The notes under the pieces were generated by a model. The model had not been told where the DNA came from. It ran no database searches and worked only from the letters and a program-made list of their open reading frames with translations. A stretch of 64,000 bases of DNA from Basidiobolus meristosporus CBS 931.73 (lineage: Eukaryota > Fungi > Basidiobolomycota): the NCBI GenBank assembly GCA_002104905.1, contig MCFE01000069.1, positions 123,923 through 187,922 on the forward strand. The letters are read 5' to 3'. Position numbers and translations under genes: made by a program. This document shows positions 61,743-64,000 of this stretch, piece by piece; position 1 is the stretch's first letter, and each line of letters opens with the position of its first letter.

Positions 61743-63938
61743 TGTTGTGCATCAACATTTAAAACTTAGCCAATTTTACTCCGTTTGAAAATCTAGTACC
61801 CTAACTGATTTTCCCTAACCCAAACATAACAAATCCCAGTTACAGTTTATTTTATCCCACCTCAGAATCTACTTTTAGCTATCACACCTGATCTATTTTC
61901 AAATGGTCATTACGTTATCAACATATCTGCCAAGCCTTCCCAGGTGATTAGTCATCTGAGATCTATCCAACCACGGTGCAGTTGCCAAGACATCAGTTGA
62001 TTGATGATGTAATTTTCATTTATCATATGCACCTATGAACACCCAAATTGATTTCAATCAATCCAGTCCCTTGGCGCTTACTAACTCAACTTGATCAGAA
62101 AAGTATAAATAAAGTTTACTGAACCTTTTGGTTTAGTGTGTGTCTCAACAAAAATAAAGAATCCAACAATTCCGTTCTAGTTTCTATCCCAGCCTAGTAT
62201 ATCTAGCACTCCAAAGAACACCAAGCCTAGCCTGCCTAGCAAACAAATATCATTTATAGCCAATCCAGCTATATCCAAGACCAATATTAGATCAGAATCT
62301 TTCTGCTAATAATTCCGCCACTCTCTGACAATTCTAAGATTCTGCACTTAATTGTCCCTTTGGTTCAGTTAAACCATTCAAGAGTTTTATTACACTTTCT
62401 CTTGGATACAACATTTTTTTCGTTGAATTCCATTACATTCAGCCAATTAGAAGATGTCCTCAGCAGCAAGCAATCCAAACCTTTCCATGTTGGAAGAGGC
62501 CAGAAGAAATCAGGAAGAACTTACTGAACAGCTTGAAAATATCATGCTTGAAAGAAACACCATGATGCTTGAGCACTCAAAGCTTGCCAAAACAAGATCT
62601 GATAATCACCGTAGAGATGAACTCCTTGAAGTTATATCCGGTTACCAAGATGAAATTGGAATAATTAAGGAAGCACTGGAGAACATTGCCATAGTAATTG
62701 ACAGCATTGAAAATCCGCCAAGCCTTGCTCTGCATCAGCCACCAAGAAGTCATGCCTTTGAATCCTCCAGATCTACATCTCCTTCTAGACCTGCCCCAGT
62801 GGTTGTCCCAAGATCCTTGCCTGTTTATGCTGAAGGCACCAATGCCATCAAGAATCCAACTGAGTTTCTTTACAAGTTTAGTCATGTCTTAGCTGCACAC
62901 CAGCTAGACCCTGACACCAACTGGGCTAGATTTCTGCCTCTCTGTCTCACAATGCAAGATGCTGACTGGGTTGAAGTGAACATTCCTTCCAATAGCACGT
63001 GGAAAATTGCCCAAAACCTCTTTTGCAGCCATTTTGAAGATCCTCTCAAGAAAGCACATCTGAACTGCGACTTATGGAAAACTAAAATGCAAAAAGGTGA
63101 ATCTGTGCAACACTTCTGTGATAGATTCCAAAGACAAATGAGATTAGCTGGAGTTAGTGATGATAATCCATCGCTTACTGCTCATTTTCTTTCAAACTTT
63201 TCACACCAGCTACAGAGCAATATTGCTATTGTCAAAGCATGTAACCCTGCACGTACCTATGACCAGATCTCAGAGATATGTACACTGGCAATCACCTTGA
63301 CTGCAGCTGTTAGTCAGACTTCAGGCAACTCAACCCAATATCCCACAACAGCCGGAAAAGAGACCAGTCATGTGACCAAGAAGCAGTCAACCGCTACTAA
63401 GCACTGTGAGCTTCATGGGAAATGCTATCATTCTACCAGTGAATGCAAAGGCATCACCAAGCAGTCAAACAAGACAGGAAATACCACAGAAAAGCAGCAA
63501 AACACCAAAACTGATAATCCATATGCCGATGACAAGTGCTTAAAGTGTGGAAATATGGGACATATATCACCTGCCTGTCCTGAGAAGAGCTCCACACCAT
63601 CAGCCAAAATTACCCAGATCCTTGATGATCATTCAGCCAATGATACAATGGGGTATGAAGAAGCATATGAAGAACTTACAGTTCAAGATTATCACAACCT
63701 CTTTGAGTTTCCGGCTAAAATTGCAACTGTTCAAGAAAAGAAGCAACCAATCACACAGCTCAAAGCCATAGAAGTGCCACTCACCCTCAATGGCCATTCA
63801 TACGTAGCACTACTGGATACTGGATCATCCAACTCTATTGTATCACCCAATGTAGTCAGAGAACTCAATTTGGAGATAGAAAAACAACCAGGAAAAATCA
63901 TTCTTGCCGCTAAGGATCTCTCAGCCCCAAGAATTGGC
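61743..63938 (+). mobile_element. Ty3/Gypsy retrotransposon 5' part: LTR 61743-62413, fused gag-protease ORF 62454-63956, truncated within the protease
   Basis: 671-bp TG...CA LTR. Gag carries CELHGKCYHSTSEC and the zinc knuckle CLKCGNMGHISPAC; aspartic protease ALLDTGSS lies in the same frame. Confidence 0.9.
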
Positions 63939-64000
63939 TTAGGGCTAGGGTTCTAGTGCTTTATTGGGAAATTTGCACAAGAAGTGCAATCTTGAAACAT

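Overview
Eukaryotic genomic DNA, almost certainly fungal: short GT-AG introns and fungal gene families. An early-diverging lineage such as Zoopagomycota or Mucoromycota is my inference only. The window has three zones. (1) 1-17.7 kb is a CpG-depleted transposon block: a two-ORF DDE_Tnp_4 (PIF/Harbinger/IS5-related) DNA transposon inserted into another copy of itself, followed by nested Copia LTR retrotransposons. (2) 17.8-52 kb is a CpG-rich gene region: Ecl1-like, tetraspanin, stand-alone voltage-sensor-like protein, Erf4-like, DUF1349, EAF3, nucleotide-sugar transporter, MSH1, P4-ATPase, ALKBH8-like, then an intronless trio of a secreted protein, a KP4 killer-toxin homolog and a cytochrome P450. 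(3) 53.8-64 kb is a second CpG-depleted block. Its most striking feature is a polar head-to-tail array of a non-LTR RT element and a tRNA-headed SINE-like partner. The two share a 3' hairpin tail, and each junction is sealed by a telomere-type GGTTAGGG+G-run (degenerate in the two leftmost). Copia and Gypsy elements are nested into this block.
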